DNA of 60,725 bases, counting the filler, from Basidiobolus ranarum (Eukaryota): assembly GCA_040143965.1 (NCBI GenBank). It is 17 parts of 17 records of this genome, joined end to end, with 100 filler letters (N's around TTAATTAATTAA, not from the genome) between each part and the next. Parts side by side here need not be neighbours in the genome. Positions count along the whole stretch, not along the records: positions 35,834 to 39,309 come from JASJQH010009342.1; positions 39,410 to 42,884 come from JASJQH010009343.1; positions 42,985 to 46,457 come from JASJQH010009344.1; positions 46,558 to 50,027 come from JASJQH010009345.1; positions 50,128 to 53,594 come from JASJQH010009346.1; 12 more parts are not named here. One strand, given 5' to 3'. The stretch's first letter is position 1. Every line of letters starts with the position of its first letter. Positions 38,271-51,778 of the stretch are shown here, piece after piece. The position numbers and the translations under genes were made by a program. The notes under the pieces are model-generated. The model made no database searches. It was not told the DNA's origin and saw only the letters and a program-made list of their open reading frames with translations.

Positions 38271-39409
38271 CAATGGTGTGAAATTTGAGTTATGTTTCTC
38301 ATGCATGTGTCAATCCACAGTTATCTGAGATTGTATCCAGCTATGTGCGGCCATTTTGCAAGATATTGGAATTTTACTCTAGAAACTGAAATACTTGATT
38401 AAAATTTGATATAACCTGACAGTTTCACAATGGTTAGTAAACAGTCAATGCAAAATGGATGAAAATAGTGACAGTTTTCCTACAATAACAATCCGTTAGG
38501 GTGTTGACCATGCAGATATCTGGGAAAAAAGTAATATAGAGTAGCACAATTATGCAGGGTATTCACCAGATAGCTGGAAGAATATTGATATAGCAATGTT
38601 ATTACAATGGTGGGCTCAGATGGAGATATTGATACAAACTTGTGTTGGATATGAGCTAAACCTTGGGAATGAAGAACTCTATGAACATATTCAGGTGAGT
38701 ATATCAAAGAAACTAGGAATTTCAAAGATGACCAATTAGCAGTCAACTTATAAATGTGTAAGTATTTCTTGCCCTTGGGTTGATCCATAGTTTTCCAAGA
38801 TTGCAGCCCATTATGTGCAACTATGTTGCATGATCTTGATATTTCACTCCTTAAACTGATAAAATTGATCAAAATCAAAGCTAACTTGAAATTTTTATGA
38901 TGATAAGTGAACAGTCAATCCAAAATGGATTAAAATTGTAATAGTTTTAGTATGGTTACAATCCTCAGATTTTTGCTAGTATATCAATGAGTTACAAAAT
39001 TGGACCTATTCCTGCACAGGTCAGTACATACACCCAAATTGTAAAAGAGGTGCTGCATGGCCCTTACACAAAAGTTTGGAAATCTGCAATGCCTGAAGAG
39101 CAGAAGGCTTTGATTGAAAATTATACATGGATTTTAAACAACTTTGTTGAAATTAGGTAAATAGCAACTCATTATTTAGTAGTAGTTTACTCATATTCTG
39201 TTTATTTAGCACTCAATTCTGCCATTCAATAATGTGTGCTTATTGCTCTAATGGATAGATATACCAATTAGATCACTTTTACCAATTTTCATGATTTTCT
39301 CAAAACTTCNNNNNNNNNNNNNNNNNNNNNNNNNNNNNNNNNNNNNNNNNNNNTTAATTAATTAANNNNNNNNNNNNNNNNNNNNNNNNNNNNNNNNNNN
39401 NNNNNNNNN

Positions 39410-40018
39410 AACAAGAGAGTTGGCCTCAACTGGTCCTTCCTTTCCGTCTCTTACAGCAACAGCAGACAAGGCGAGTGTCTTCTTCAACTGATCAATAATA
39501 TTACCGGCTTGATATTCTTGCAAGAAACCAACGAAAGCATTCAGGGCGAGCAGACCAATAATAACTCCGAAATCTACCCAATCCTGGAGAGCACCAGCCA
39601 AAACGACAGCAACCCACATAACGTACTGAATGGGACCACAGAAGAATAAGAAGAACTTCAAGATTTTGCTCTCACTTTCCATGGAAAGCTGGTTAAGACC
39701 ATACTTCTTTCTACGAGTTTCGACTTCAGCAGATGTCAACCCCAGTCTAGGGTCAGTTTGTAAGAGTTCTTCAGGAACAACAGTGTTGCTCAATCCTCCT
39801 TCTTCGTCACCATCATCCTCATCTGGACCTCCATCGTCACTCCAGCCGTAATCACTCATAATTGAGATTGCAGCGGTAGATTGCTGCGTACTCTTCTTGT
39901 CTAAAGGCGAAGTGGCGGTCAAAAAATTGGACTCATTGGCTTCGGGAGCTTGTTGCACTTCCTCGAACTGCACGGAGTTATTGGGGTTTGATTCGTTTTG
40001 ATCAACTTTCTCTGACAT
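39410..40018 (-). CDS. PMA1: Plasma-membrane H+-ATPase, 5' part (copy A)
   Basis: [59 protein letters not shown]. Confidence 0.95.
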
Positions 40019-42244
40019 CTTTCAGCTGTCAAATGAGTTTTCTATGTGTAATGATTAAAGAAATATGTAAGATGGTAGGACAGTGGCCTTAAGGCCAACT
40101 TAAATAGTTTTCATGCTGGCAATAGGTCACGATATGCTGCTAGTCTGGATTAATTCAGCAAGCAAGATTTTTATTGAATTGAATTATATGGTTAGTCTGA
40201 ATATAGGGATGAAGGTTTAGCATGTTACTGATTGCTTTATTCTCTTATTTACCATTTACATATTATTGTAATCAATAGAAATATTCATTAACCATATTAG
40301 TCAAGGAGCTTCCCTTTTCCCATTTGTGTTACCGAGGATAAATTTACGCTATCGCGATATGAATATCCTTTTTAGGAATTATGTGGTTGTAAAAGGTGAC
40401 AGAAAATAGCAATGTTGGTATAGTTTTAGCCATATCCAATAATGGGTTCTTGGGAAGTCCAATTTATTCGTGACTGGTAAAATACAGGGGTTATCATTCA
40501 ATTTGATCTCGATCGTGAAAGCCACTTCGACATATTTGGAAGATCTAGATTTGTAAAAGGAAACCAGATCACGTATTTTGGATGGAAAAGGTTTTAGTTA
40601 GGGTTAGCATCGAGTTAAAATGAACTTTCAAATCCTAATCGATTTGATGCAGATAGCCGCGTACATCGATGTTTACATCAGAGGCTTACGAGGTGAGCCA
40701 CTTTTGCAGTTGGAATGCGAGTATATGTCATAGTGCCGAATATCATTTATCAAATAAAGCAATATAGTATGTGCCTTTATATCTTATCATTCCATGCAGA
40801 ATTGGACACACGGTCCGATCTCATGAACATACAATCATTTGGTCAACTCTAGTAAAAGCTCTATAGATTTTATCGCGTTACGATGATATGGTATCATTGC
40901 AAAGAGAATCAATGATCAAAGTGATATAGTAAAAGCCTCTAAGGGCTCGGAAGTACTAGAGTAACAGTGTATCATGATTTTCTAATGCAATATAAGAATT
41001 AGTTCCATTCATCTCTATTAACGAAGTAGTCAGTAACATACGTTCTATGATTACTATCAATGTTTCAATTATTCTAACTTCATTAATAGAGCTATTGATT
41101 TGACTCGTTGTTGTAGTGGGTCTACTTTGATAAACATACACTAGTGGCTTGGAACTATTCTGCCTCCAGGTACAGTGACAAAATAAACAGAGCCTGAGAA
41201 GTATGATTATGACAATATCACAAAACGGTAACATAATGCCATTATGACCAGAACTTACTATCTACTTAGAATACCAGGGCTAGTACTAGTGTCCACCTTT
41301 TAGATGACTCCACAATACTGCAGTAGCTGAGGATGATACAGTATCACATTCAGCCATAAGAGTAGTTACGTCCGCGTAAATAGCCACGACATTGTTTGTC
41401 TCATTAAGAACACTACATCGGTGAGAATGGTACGAATCACAGCGAGTTAGATTCTGTGATTAGGAGCGTTGCCAATAAATTAACTAAATAATTTGCAAGA
41501 CGCACCCATCCAATAGGTAGTCATAATCACAATAATAGCCTAACATGTTCGCGTGATTTCGTTTCTGAATATACTTTTATGATGCCTTCACGAAATATTC
41601 CACTTTCTTTCCTATCCTGATAGAAGCGCGATTTATCTGGATGGTAAGAGATTACCCACCAATCAAATCAATGAAAAAGACCGATCTCGAGTGTGAAGTC
41701 TAGATTAAAAGGTTGTTGATGTAATCATTTGATAATTGAAGCTAACGAGGGAATTAGCATTTAACCATTTGTCTAAATACTCAGTAATTGGTAAATGTTT
41801 CGTGATAACATCAATAAAATATATTTGGTACATATGATTGCGTTAAGCCGACTGACTAGTCCAATTGAGGAGAAAAATACTTTTTCAACAACAAGAGTAA
41901 ACAGGGTATAAAATATCACCCAGAAGTAGGTACTAGTTAAAGTTTGCTTTTGACTCATGTTTATCTGGTCATTTATGCATATGATAAGAAGCAGGTGATA
42001 AAAATGCAACTTGGTATTGTTACATTTCTGATTAGACCCAAGAAGAATAGTATCACATGGGATATGCGATAAAAAGTCAAAACGCCAATGATGTATATTG
42101 AATAACTATGTCTATGTTTATTATTGAAAAATTTTACGAAACAAATATCTAAGTATATGATGAATGATAGTAGACCGGACGAACTAAATCTTTAGAAACA
42201 TGGGTGCGATTGAAAGCCGGAATATTAATGATGGTAAGTGAAAA

Positions 42245-42884
42245 TTAATGCCCAGTAGTTTCAGCTTCGGACAATATGGGTTGCTTTTCATGCATGTTGG
42301 AAACACGAGCCATCTCAACCATGAAGTCCTCCATACCTCTGTTCTTCTTAGCCTTCATTGATTTGCCATGAGCAAGACGATCGAAGCCTACAGAGTTCGA
42401 CAAGATCATGTAGACAAGTGCCATGACAACGAACACACCGAATGAGTACAACCAGATACGAACAACTGCAACAATACTAGTGTCAACTCCTGTGAACCAT
42501 CCGAAAATAGCAAAGAGTGACGCAATAATATCCACAACCATCACAGCACCGAATAATTGCCATGAGGGGAGACTCTCAAAGAATGAGGTATTCAAACGAG
42601 TAATGAAAATCAACCAATTCTCAGTCAATGCTACCTCAAGGAACATAACTTCTTGGGATCCACCAAAGTTCTCAATGACACCTTTACCAGGAACCATAGT
42701 AGTAGTGTAGATGACCCAAGTACCAACGGTAAGAATGATAGCCATGACGAGTGAAAGAGCCCACAGCTTGGGAAGATTCCACTTGACTGGGGTAGCAGAG
42801 TAAGGTGCGTTATCGTAAGCAACCATAAGAGTAGCAACATCAGCGAAAATAGCAAGGAACACAACAAGCTCGACGTTGATGGAC
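42245..42884 (-). CDS. PMA1: Plasma-membrane H+-ATPase, 3' part (copy B)
   Basis: [58 protein letters not shown]. Confidence 0.95.
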
Positions 42885-42984
42885 NNNNNNNNNNNNNNNN
42901 NNNNNNNNNNNNNNNNNNNNNNNNNNNNTTAATTAATTAANNNNNNNNNNNNNNNNNNNNNNNNNNNNNNNNNNNNNNNNNNNN

Positions 42985-43993
42985 TAACAAGCGAGCACGA
43001 TTAGCTGAAGAATCCGAGGTCATTGAAATGCTCGTGTTGGAGAAAATCGAAGCTGCCAATCGTGAAAGCCACGCCATCGAACGCTTAGCTAAACAAAAAA
43101 TCGATGCCGCATGCCGTGAGAAAGAAGATTTAGAGAAGAAATTTCGTGAACGCATGCATCAAGTAGAGATAGCCATCAAGAAGACTGAACTTGAGAAAAA
43201 CGAAATCCAAAATGGCAAACAGAACATGTGTAGCTCACATGTACCTCCACCAGTCCCTCCACCTCCTCTGCCTATATCATCATCACCTAGCTTGGTTGGT
43301 AACCAGCCATTATGGCTAAACCATAAGCCTCCCTCCCCCACCGACTTTCCTCGAACTTCCATATCCAGCATTCAGAAAGTCCCCATCTCTTCTAGACAAA
43401 GATGTGGAAAGGACCTACAATCTTACCCATTTGTTTCACAACCACCTGTTCATCACAAAAGACACAGTGGTCGGGCCGTGATGAGCCATCACGGGACCTC
43501 TCAACCTCGCGACAATCAGCAACCTTTGGATAAACTACAAATTGGCGACTTCATGCAGCATGGCCATTCAACACTGGAATCTGTAACTTGCTCGGATTCA
43601 GCCTCCACGCTTTCATTTTCAGTTAAAACCCTTTATTCGTATACCGCTCCTGGAGATGAATATTTAGGTTTTGAGAAAAACGCATATATTGTGGTTGATC
43701 CTGCATTTGAATCCGAAGACTGGTGGTTTGGAAAGTTGGAGAATAGCCAGGTGAAAGGATGGTTCCCCAAGACCTATGTTTCCATCGAGAAAATCCCTGG
43801 CCAGGTTCCATTCTTGGCCAGAGTATTGTATGATTATAAAGGGGTCCGTAATGATGAGCTTGATGTCAAAGCTGACTCAGTTGTAGATATTTTAGAGAAA
43901 ACTGATGTCAATTGGTGGAAAGCCCAGTATCAAGGTAATATTGGAATGATTCCGGCAAGATATGTCCAGCAACTGATGACTACCGCACATTAA
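42985..43993 (+). CDS. Coiled-coil, Pro-rich, tandem-SH3 protein (intersectin/Pan1-like endocytic adaptor), C-terminal part
   Basis: Two SH3 domains (TLYSY..DWWFG..GWFPKTYV; VLYDY..NWWKA..GMIPARYV) and PPPVPPPP. Confidence 0.85.
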
Positions 43994-44735
43994 AGTCGAG
44001 TGTTGATAGTTATCCTGCCACTGCCTCTTTCCCTATACCAAACATACCATCATATATATATAGTTCGCCTCACTCTAATCTCTACACAAGCTATATCCCT
44101 AGCCTCATTTATATTCTATAAACAACTCCCTAAAAATATCCTAGTAGTATGCGTACAAATCTTGTCCAGACCATCCAACCCGAGTTTGTGTTTCTATCCA
44201 ATAAATGTGCAACAGTTGCTCCCAATCATCGGATAGCTATATGTACCTTGTATTTGCCTCCTAACAGCCGGGACAAAATGCATACTTTTCACCTTTGCGG
44301 TTCTATTTCAGGATGGAGGAGAGATTAGTTGCTTCTGGGTATAACGGAAACTCTTCTAAATGAACAGATAGGGAGGCTACTTATGGAGAAATAAAAGAAA
44401 TTCGTTGAAATTATTTTTCCCAATCTTCCCGTTTCTAGATATGCTTGCAGATTCCATATCCAGGCGTATATCACACTCTTGTTAATATCTCATGTCACGT
44501 GTAACCTCTGAAGTACCTCTACGCTCAAAACCTTGAGAAATGTATCACTATGAATCCTGGGAACTTGAAAAAACCACTGTTGACTATATTGGTTATGTAA
44601 TCACAATTTCTTGAAACCATTGGTGTATGAGAGGTTATGATTGGACCATCACCATACCAAACCTCCCACTTTAAGGGCCACTGATTCTCCAGACTCGATA
44701 TTCCCAAGTATTTCGTCTCTTCTCTGAAAAATCCC

Positions 44736-45650
44736 ATGTTACGTTTCGAGTCACCATTGCTAGCTCTCATTGCTACGCCCATTATTGCTTACTGTGGGCT
44801 TTCATTTTTTTTCTTCCGTAAGCCTGAGATTCTTCATGGCAAGAAAAAGTCTCCAAAGTTCAAGTATATGGTGCTTGCTCACCGTGGAGGAGCGGGTGAT
44901 CGGGTCGAAAATACCCTTACCGCTTTTCAGTATTCTAAGGAGATAAATTGTGATATGTTAGAGCTTGACGTACATATGACCAAAGATGGAGAAATGGTTG
45001 TATTTCACGACTATACCGTAGACAGAATAACTGAAGCTAAAGGACTGATTAAAGATTTTGATTATAAAGATCTTCCTAAACTCATCCCCATACCCGAACA
45101 CCGAAACCAACCGTTCGCAGCTGATCCCGATAGCACGCGTATACCAAAACTTGAGGAAGTATTTCAAGCCTTCCCTGACGTTCCCATTCATCTTGAAGTA
45201 AAGCCTAACAACCCAGAACTTGCCAAGAAAGTTTATGATTTAATACAAAAGTATAACCGCCAAGATAGTATCCTATGGGGATGTGGTAAAGGTTTAGATA
45301 TGCTTTATGATTTAAATCCCAATATTTCCAAGTTTTGTTCAGCCAAAATTGCTACCAAGATTATTCTATCTTATTATGTTGGTTTACTTCCTTTCTTGAG
45401 TATCCGAGAGACATTCTTTAATATTCCTTCCAGTGTTACCACAAAGTGGTTTACTCTGAATTTATTGAAGCCTAAACTTTTCGAACATCTTCATAGACGT
45501 GGAATGAAGGTACTGGTTTTTGCACCTGTTGTTGGAGCTGTAAATACCCCCGAAGGTTTTAAAGCCTGTTTAGATGCTGGCGTAGATGGTATGTTTACCG
45601 ATAAACCGGTATTTTTACGCCAATATCTTAAACAATACAATTTACAATAA
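44736..45650 (+). CDS. Glycerophosphodiester phosphodiesterase (GDPD1/3-like lysophospholipase D), intronless, N-terminal TM
   Basis: AHRGG, ENT, ELDVHMTKDG..VVFHD, IPKLEEVF, GVDGMFTDKP. Confidence 0.92.
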   Translation: MLRFESPLLALIATPIIAYCGLSFFFFRKPEILHGKKKSPKFKYMVLAHRGGAGDRVENTLTAFQYSKEINCDMLELDVHMTKDGEMVVFHDYTVDRITEAKGLIKDFDYKDLPKLIPIPEHRNQPFAADPDSTRIPKLEEVFQAFPDVPIHLEVKPNNPELAKKVYDLIQKYNRQDSILWGCGKGLDMLYDLNPNISKFCSAKIATKIILSYYVGLLPFLSIRETFFNIPSSVTTKWFTLNLLKPKLFEHLHRRGMKVLVFAPVVGAVNTPEGFKACLDAGVDGMFTDKPVFLRQYLKQYNLQ

Positions 45651-46077
45651 GAATAATCCCCCTACCCCTACCTCTCCTCATTTTTCGAACATCTATTCAC
45701 ACTAACACCTTAGAAGATCTCTTAAAGAAAATTTGTTTTTTAAACACTTAATTATAAGGGATAAAATAGCGATTTATTTATTCTTGTCATTAAATTATCG
45801 CAACCTCTAGTCATATCGATATCAATTCAATTTATTAGATCTCTATACATTTGGCTGTAGAAGTTTGGATTGAAATGATAAATCCATTAGGAAAGTTTAT
45901 CTTGGAAATATACATGAAAAGAGGTTGATCAGTAGGGCATTTGATCGAGAGAATGTGACTAACTGAGAAGCATACATGGCTTGTCAAATAAATAAGTAAA
46001 GAGAAGAGAGGGGAGGGGGGAAGGAATTGAAAGTTTAAATAGCGAGGGGTGTCAATGATTGAAAATAGGAACAATGG

Positions 46078-46457
46078 TTAAACACCTGTGCTTGGTGACC
46101 ATCCACTCTGCATATTAATATAATCCATGCTGTTGATTTGTGTACTTAACATATTCTGATCCATATAAGTATTCCATTCTTCTACGTCCATCGATGTGGG
46201 AAACCCGTTGAAGAGCAATGGGCTATTGTCGAGATTGACGTTGTTGGGTATAGGAACATTCACGAAAGGTGGTATGATGTTGTTGGGGTACAACGGTGGT
46301 TGACCGACATACCCGAAATTGTTGAGGTCACCCGAAGGAACATTCGCAAACATAGAGTCGGCTAGATTGAAACCGTTAGAGTTGTTGAAATTTGTTGGTA
46401 TATCGAAATTATTGTTAGCGAATCCGGAGATGTTGGGCTGTGGTACAGGCTCGTTTG
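46078..46457 (-). CDS. C-terminus of an Asn/Pro-rich protein (probable transcription-factor activation region), 5'-truncated
   Basis: Frame is open from the contig edge; low-complexity N/P/F sequence ending in DVEEWNTYM. Confidence 0.55.
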
Positions 46458-46557
46458 NNNNNNNNNNNNNNNNNNNNNNNNNNNNNNNNNNNNNNNNNNN
46501 NTTAATTAATTAANNNNNNNNNNNNNNNNNNNNNNNNNNNNNNNNNNNNNNNNNNNN

Positions 46558-48430
46558 TAGCTTCTTGGAGACTTTGATTGTGGAATTTGAATGGTTATCT
46601 AATGGGGTTCAGATGGGTGATTATTTTATTAAAGCTAATATCATTGTATTTATTTGTGGCACTCCTGCCATCAGTAAAGTTGGAGGTTTTTGTGGGCACA
46701 ATGCACTATCTTGCTGTAGATTTTGAAAATTCAATGGAGTTTACTCTAACAGGCATATACATTACTCCTGTCCAAATACAACACTAAACTTCATGATTTT
46801 ACCATCATGAGCCTGGCAGATTTCACTATGATCACTGCTACCAATTCACCAAATAGTCAATCTGACATCAAACATGGTATTAACCAGAAGCCTAAGATTA
46901 TATAGCTGAAAGGAATCAGCTGGAGCCAGAGCTTCCCATTAGGCACTATGCACTCACTATTCAACAACATTCCAACACTACTTACTCCACTATATAGTGG
47001 AAAATTCAATATCAATGAGCAATTTGAGATAGGATCAAAGTTTAAATTGAGTGGGGAAATGCTTGAAACATCAAGATACCATCATATTTTATCAGGACTC
47101 CCATCAATATCCACTCATCTAGGTGTTTATACAAATGCAAAGACCGGAGGTATTGGATTTGTAAATATTCAAGTGGAATTTTGAAAGATTTCTGCCTGAT
47201 AAGTAATGGCAACATTGGGAGTTGTTTGTCAATATTGTCAATATATTCATATGACATCAACTCACATTGGCAGAACTCAGCAGATGCAGCAACTGTGCTA
47301 AGATTTTGTAGTTGGATATGAAATACTTTATTAAAAGTTTAAAGATAAACTAAATCTATGCAGGTATTCAATACATTCCCTGCTGCATTTTTCACAATGC
47401 TTAGAGATTATAGGCCCTTGCTATACATTCTGGGAGTTCCCAATGGAGCATATCTGCAGGGAAATGATGCTCTGTGTGCAATTGTCAGTATTACTGTATG
47501 GTAATCTAATTAACAATGTATCAGCAAAATTAGTGATGGATAAAATGCAATGGGTTAAGGAGACTCCAGAGTATATTAACCTGCCAACAAAGGGCTCTTT
47601 TCAATTTGCTAATGGGTTTTTGCATTTTTTGAGCACAATAACAGCAACAAAGCCCCATCCATGGACACAAAGTAAGTACCTCTATAATTGGACTAATTTG
47701 CTTGTGCAATAATCTGACTGTATTTTTAGGAAAGCTGCAAGACAGACTTCTTGGTGAGATGGATGGAGTTAGGCAGAATTATTGTTTTAGCCATGGATTA
47801 ATCTATTCAAGCAATGACACACCTACTTATGTCAGGACATTTGTTGACTGCAAGTTGAGGATATACTGGCTGAATTCTTTACAGAAATTTACCAAAATCC
47901 AAGAGCTTATTCTCATTGTGAATGGTAACAAGAGTCAACTATTTGCCAAGTGTCAGTACTTTTCAAAAATTTGGATGTTTAGCAAATTTTCCACTGTTAG
48001 TTTGCTGGTAAAGCATATTAATGTTGTTGAGTTATGTCTAATCAGTCAAGTATGTGCATATGTAGAGACCAAACACAATAAGATTCTTGTATATTTTGAT
48101 TCTCATTATGGCTGGAATTCAAAGCCTAAAATATCTAAATCAAGGCATGCATATTAAATCAAATTCCTAGAGCAGTAAACCCAGTAATTTACCATTCAAA
48201 AATTATATTTTTGCAAAAATTGCTGGATAATGAATAATGCATGCCAAATTTGAGGATCACTATTCTAACATGTATGAATACCATCAAAATACCATCAGAA
48301 AACCCCCATCACACCATCAAAATCCCTGGCAGAATGCAAGCTACCAATATTACAATGGTACTCTGACAGTTTTGCTAGTTTTGAGGGTGGATCCAATCCG
48401 GATCAATTCAATTGTTTTTTGTTAGGGATA
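46558..48430 (+). mobile_element. Degenerate CACTA/EnSpm transposase copy
   Basis: MHSLFNNI, HSLLHFSQCLEIIGPCYTFWEFPMEH; homologous to the other copies. Confidence 0.85.
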
Positions 48431-50413
48431 AAATCTTATTAATGAATGTTACTCTTATTTGAATCATCAGGTTTCTGCAGTAATTTACATTGTAACTTTG
48501 TCCTTATATAGCCAGCTCAATTGGATATTACTTATGAAAAAATCTTTTACTTTCAGGAATGCTGTTGGACTTCTCTCACTCAATGCAATTCTAAATATGC
48601 ATTTGGGCAGATCAGTAAGTTCATTACTCATGACAAGGATAACTTGTGCCCTACACCCAACATAGACACAGACTTGTTTGTATTGTTCTTGATTGTTTCA
48701 CTTGCTAAAAAAAGGAGAAACAGAGTAAAATTTCAAGTTAATGCAACATTGGCAGCTATTGTGCTATAAACACTAACTTCATCAAACTATGATTCCTTTT
48801 GCATTTGTAATGTGCATCCTGATCTCAAAACATGCATTGCATCCATGTTGTATTTTGTGGAATAAACAAACTTTATCAGAATTAGTTAGAAATTGCTATA
48901 GTCATAAATTGCTATGACATCACATCTAGTTATAGTTGTTTAGCCACAATGTCTGCAGCTACAGTGTCATCAATACAGAGGCCATTAAATCAGAATGTTG
49001 CAGCATTTAAACTTTGAGGGTAACAACAAGGTCAGGTGAATATATATGAGATAGTGACAGCAAAAACCAAAGTCTATTAATAACAATGTAACAATCCCTA
49101 TTCATTCCCTTCACAGTTGAACTGGTCCCAGCTATGTATGGACATTTGCAAATGGGTTGAAGTGATAAATGTGCAAAATTAACAGTACAATTTGGTTATC
49201 TTGTGCTCTGAAGTAACTTGACACATTATTGGCTACTCATTTGATTAGATTAAAACTGTAACTTTGAATGGTATCTCTAGTCAGGTCAAAATGCAAAAGT
49301 AACTTGTCCTTTACCTGTACTCAAGTAAGAATACATCACTACCAGTATTAAAGTCATTGGGTTAGTTAGCCATCCAAAGTAACTTTTGAATGTTCACCTT
49401 ACAAAACCCAACTTATCTGATGTAGCTTAGCTCAAAATTTTTGACTTGGAACAGAAACATTGTTGTCCCAGTCTATCTCAATGTTTAGCAAACATAAATT
49501 CTTGGTGGACTCCAGAAATCTGAACCTTTGAAAGAAGGTCTTTTCCATATACATTTACTGAAACAAGGGTTAGAAACATCAGCATGAAAACCCTTGAACT
49601 AGTTCATTGAAAGTCATTAGTTATGTAGTCTTCATTAGTTATTTTAATCACCATTTGGATAAATGCTCACTATATTAAGACATTGGTAATGAATGCATAA
49701 CTCTAGAATGTAATGATGTTAGTCTTGTAAGTTAACCTAAACAAGTGATTTTATCAATCATATTGAGGATGCAAAAAAATTTTCAACTAGTCCATGATTT
49801 CCCAGTTAGTTTCAAAGATATAATGGATGTGTTGCAGCATAAGAAACAAGGTTTTATTGATTGCAATCATGATAGATTTGGCACAGGGTTGCAAAATAAA
49901 GCAATCTGCTATTATGAAATGGTATTAAAAAGTGCCTATGAACTGCCAGTATATTGAATCTAATGAGTTAATTATTTCTTCGTTGTAGAAATCAAAATGA
50001 ACCCCGAAAAACTTGCTAAATTACAATNNNNNNNNNNNNNNNNNNNNNNNNNNNNNNNNNNNNNNNNNNNNTTAATTAATTAANNNNNNNNNNNNNNNNN
50101 NNNNNNNNNNNNNNNNNNNNNNNNNNNGTGCTTTTCATCCCCCTAACCAATCTGTTTTACCTACTTACAATGTTGGTGGCCACAATGTTAAAGAATACAA
50201 TAAAGGGCATTGTGATGGTAACATGCTGAGTAACTTTATATATATCAATTTTGTACACAAACAATCTGAATTACTTCTCACTAAAGAAAATCCCAATGTA
50301 ATTATGTAGTTAGTTTAAATAAGAAGCAACCAACGCATGGTTAATTTTGTAGAATGGGTGGACTGAGTGAAAAAGTTAAGAGTGATGCTGCTCTGTGCTA
50401 AGTTCTTGACAGG

Positions 50414-51778
50414 TTAAAGAATATAGGTGTCATAGTCACCATGTGCCTCAATAAAGGCTAAAATTTGATCATGGAAGTATTGCATTGCTATATCAGGGAT
50501 TTCAAAGGCTGTCATGATACTGAATAACCAAATCCATCGCTCTACGGGTGCTCTCTCATATCTTTCTAAACACATATCAAAGGTATACTCATCAGCAGAT
50601 ACACCCAAGCTGACAATCTTTTCCCAGTATAATCTCAGCAATTTGATATCGTTATCGCGCCATACTTCAGGCTTAACGTCAGAGATGATTGTCTGCCCCA
50701 GATCGGCGGTTGGTTCCCAGATACCTGCTTCAGACCAGTCAACCACCCGAAGGTGATCGGTGGACTCGTTTTTTAGCCATATCATATTGGCAGCATGAAA
50801 GTCACCATGGCACAGAGTAAAAGGGATTTTACGATTGTTCAAGCGGTCTTGGAGGTTGGCCCAGGATGTCGATGCATATGATGCGTCGATTATCTTGACG
50901 AATTTGGGCGACCATTTAAGACCAGAGCTTCCGTCCTTTATTGTCACTTTGCATTTCTCCCAAGATGTTCTACCTGCATCCATTCTCCATTCCCAAGTGG
51001 CTCTATCTGTACCTTTGTACCATCCTGCCGCTCTAGCCCACTTCTGAGTAAATAAGGTAGGGTCATTCCAATATTTAGCATGAAGCTCAGCTGCAAACAT
51101 AAACATTTCTTTCAAGACCTCAACTGGTTCTGGGGCGTTCGTCAGTGGAGATGGAATTCCCCATACCTGATTTCCAAATAATAAGTTCACACCTACACTC
51201 TCTCTGCTCTCTACCAGATCTTCCATTAGTATTACATAACTACCTGTTACTGCTGAGCCATAAGTAAAATAAGTCTTGGGAATGAAGCGACTAAATTGAG
51301 CTCCGAGTTTATCATAAAATAATGCTTCTCTGTATTGACCAATAGCAATTGAAAAATTTCGTGAAGCTATTCCAGTAGGCGACATCTTTAGAATGAGCGT
51401 CTTAGGTAGTGAATGGTTCTCTTCATCGCTACTGTATGTCAAACGCAGTCGAGTGAGAGCTCCAATAAATCCACGGTTTCCTTGTAGATCTTCAACCGTC
51501 ACATTAATAACACTAGTATTTTCGTCTAATATACCATGGCTCCTAAGAATTTGAGTTACCCATACTGGAGAAATACTCTCATCCCCTGGAAAAGGAACTT
51601 CATGACGAAAAGCGCGCGACTTTGAGAGTACCTCAGTAACACAGGCGGCCAACATATATTTGGTTTTTACGAAAAGTTTTGAAACTGAAGGGACATTGGC
51701 AAGTACGGCAATGGTGGCTGCTACGCCGACAGCAGATAATATCACATTCGAGGTTGTTGTAGTCTGCATTTTCAACAA
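50414..51778 (-). CDS. EcKL/APH/choline-kinase-superfamily small-molecule kinase, intronless, N-terminal hydrophobic anchor (first ATG ~51769)
   Basis: LPKTLILK, REALFY, ILMEDL, LCHGDFHAAN (Brenner motif), VVDWSE. Confidence 0.88.
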   Translation of the reverse strand: MLKMQTTTTSNVILSAVGVAATIAVLANVPSVSKLFVKTKYMLAACVTEVLSKSRAFRHEVPFPGDESISPVWVTQILRSHGILDENTSVINVTVEDLQGNRGFIGALTRLRLTYSSDEENHSLPKTLILKMSPTGIASRNFSIAIGQYREALFYDKLGAQFSRFIPKTYFTYGSAVTGSYVILMEDLVESRESVGVNLLFGNQVWGIPSPLTNAPEPVEVLKEMFMFAAELHAKYWNDPTLFTQKWARAAGWYKGTDRATWEWRMDAGRTSWEKCKVTIKDGSSGLKWSPKFVKIIDASYASTSWANLQDRLNNRKIPFTLCHGDFHAANMIWLKNESTDHLRVVDWSEAGIWEPTADLGQTIISDVKPEVWRDNDIKLLRLYWEKIVSLGVSADEYTFDMCLERYERAPVERWIWLFSIMTAFEIPDIAMQYFHDQILAFIEAHGDYDTYIL

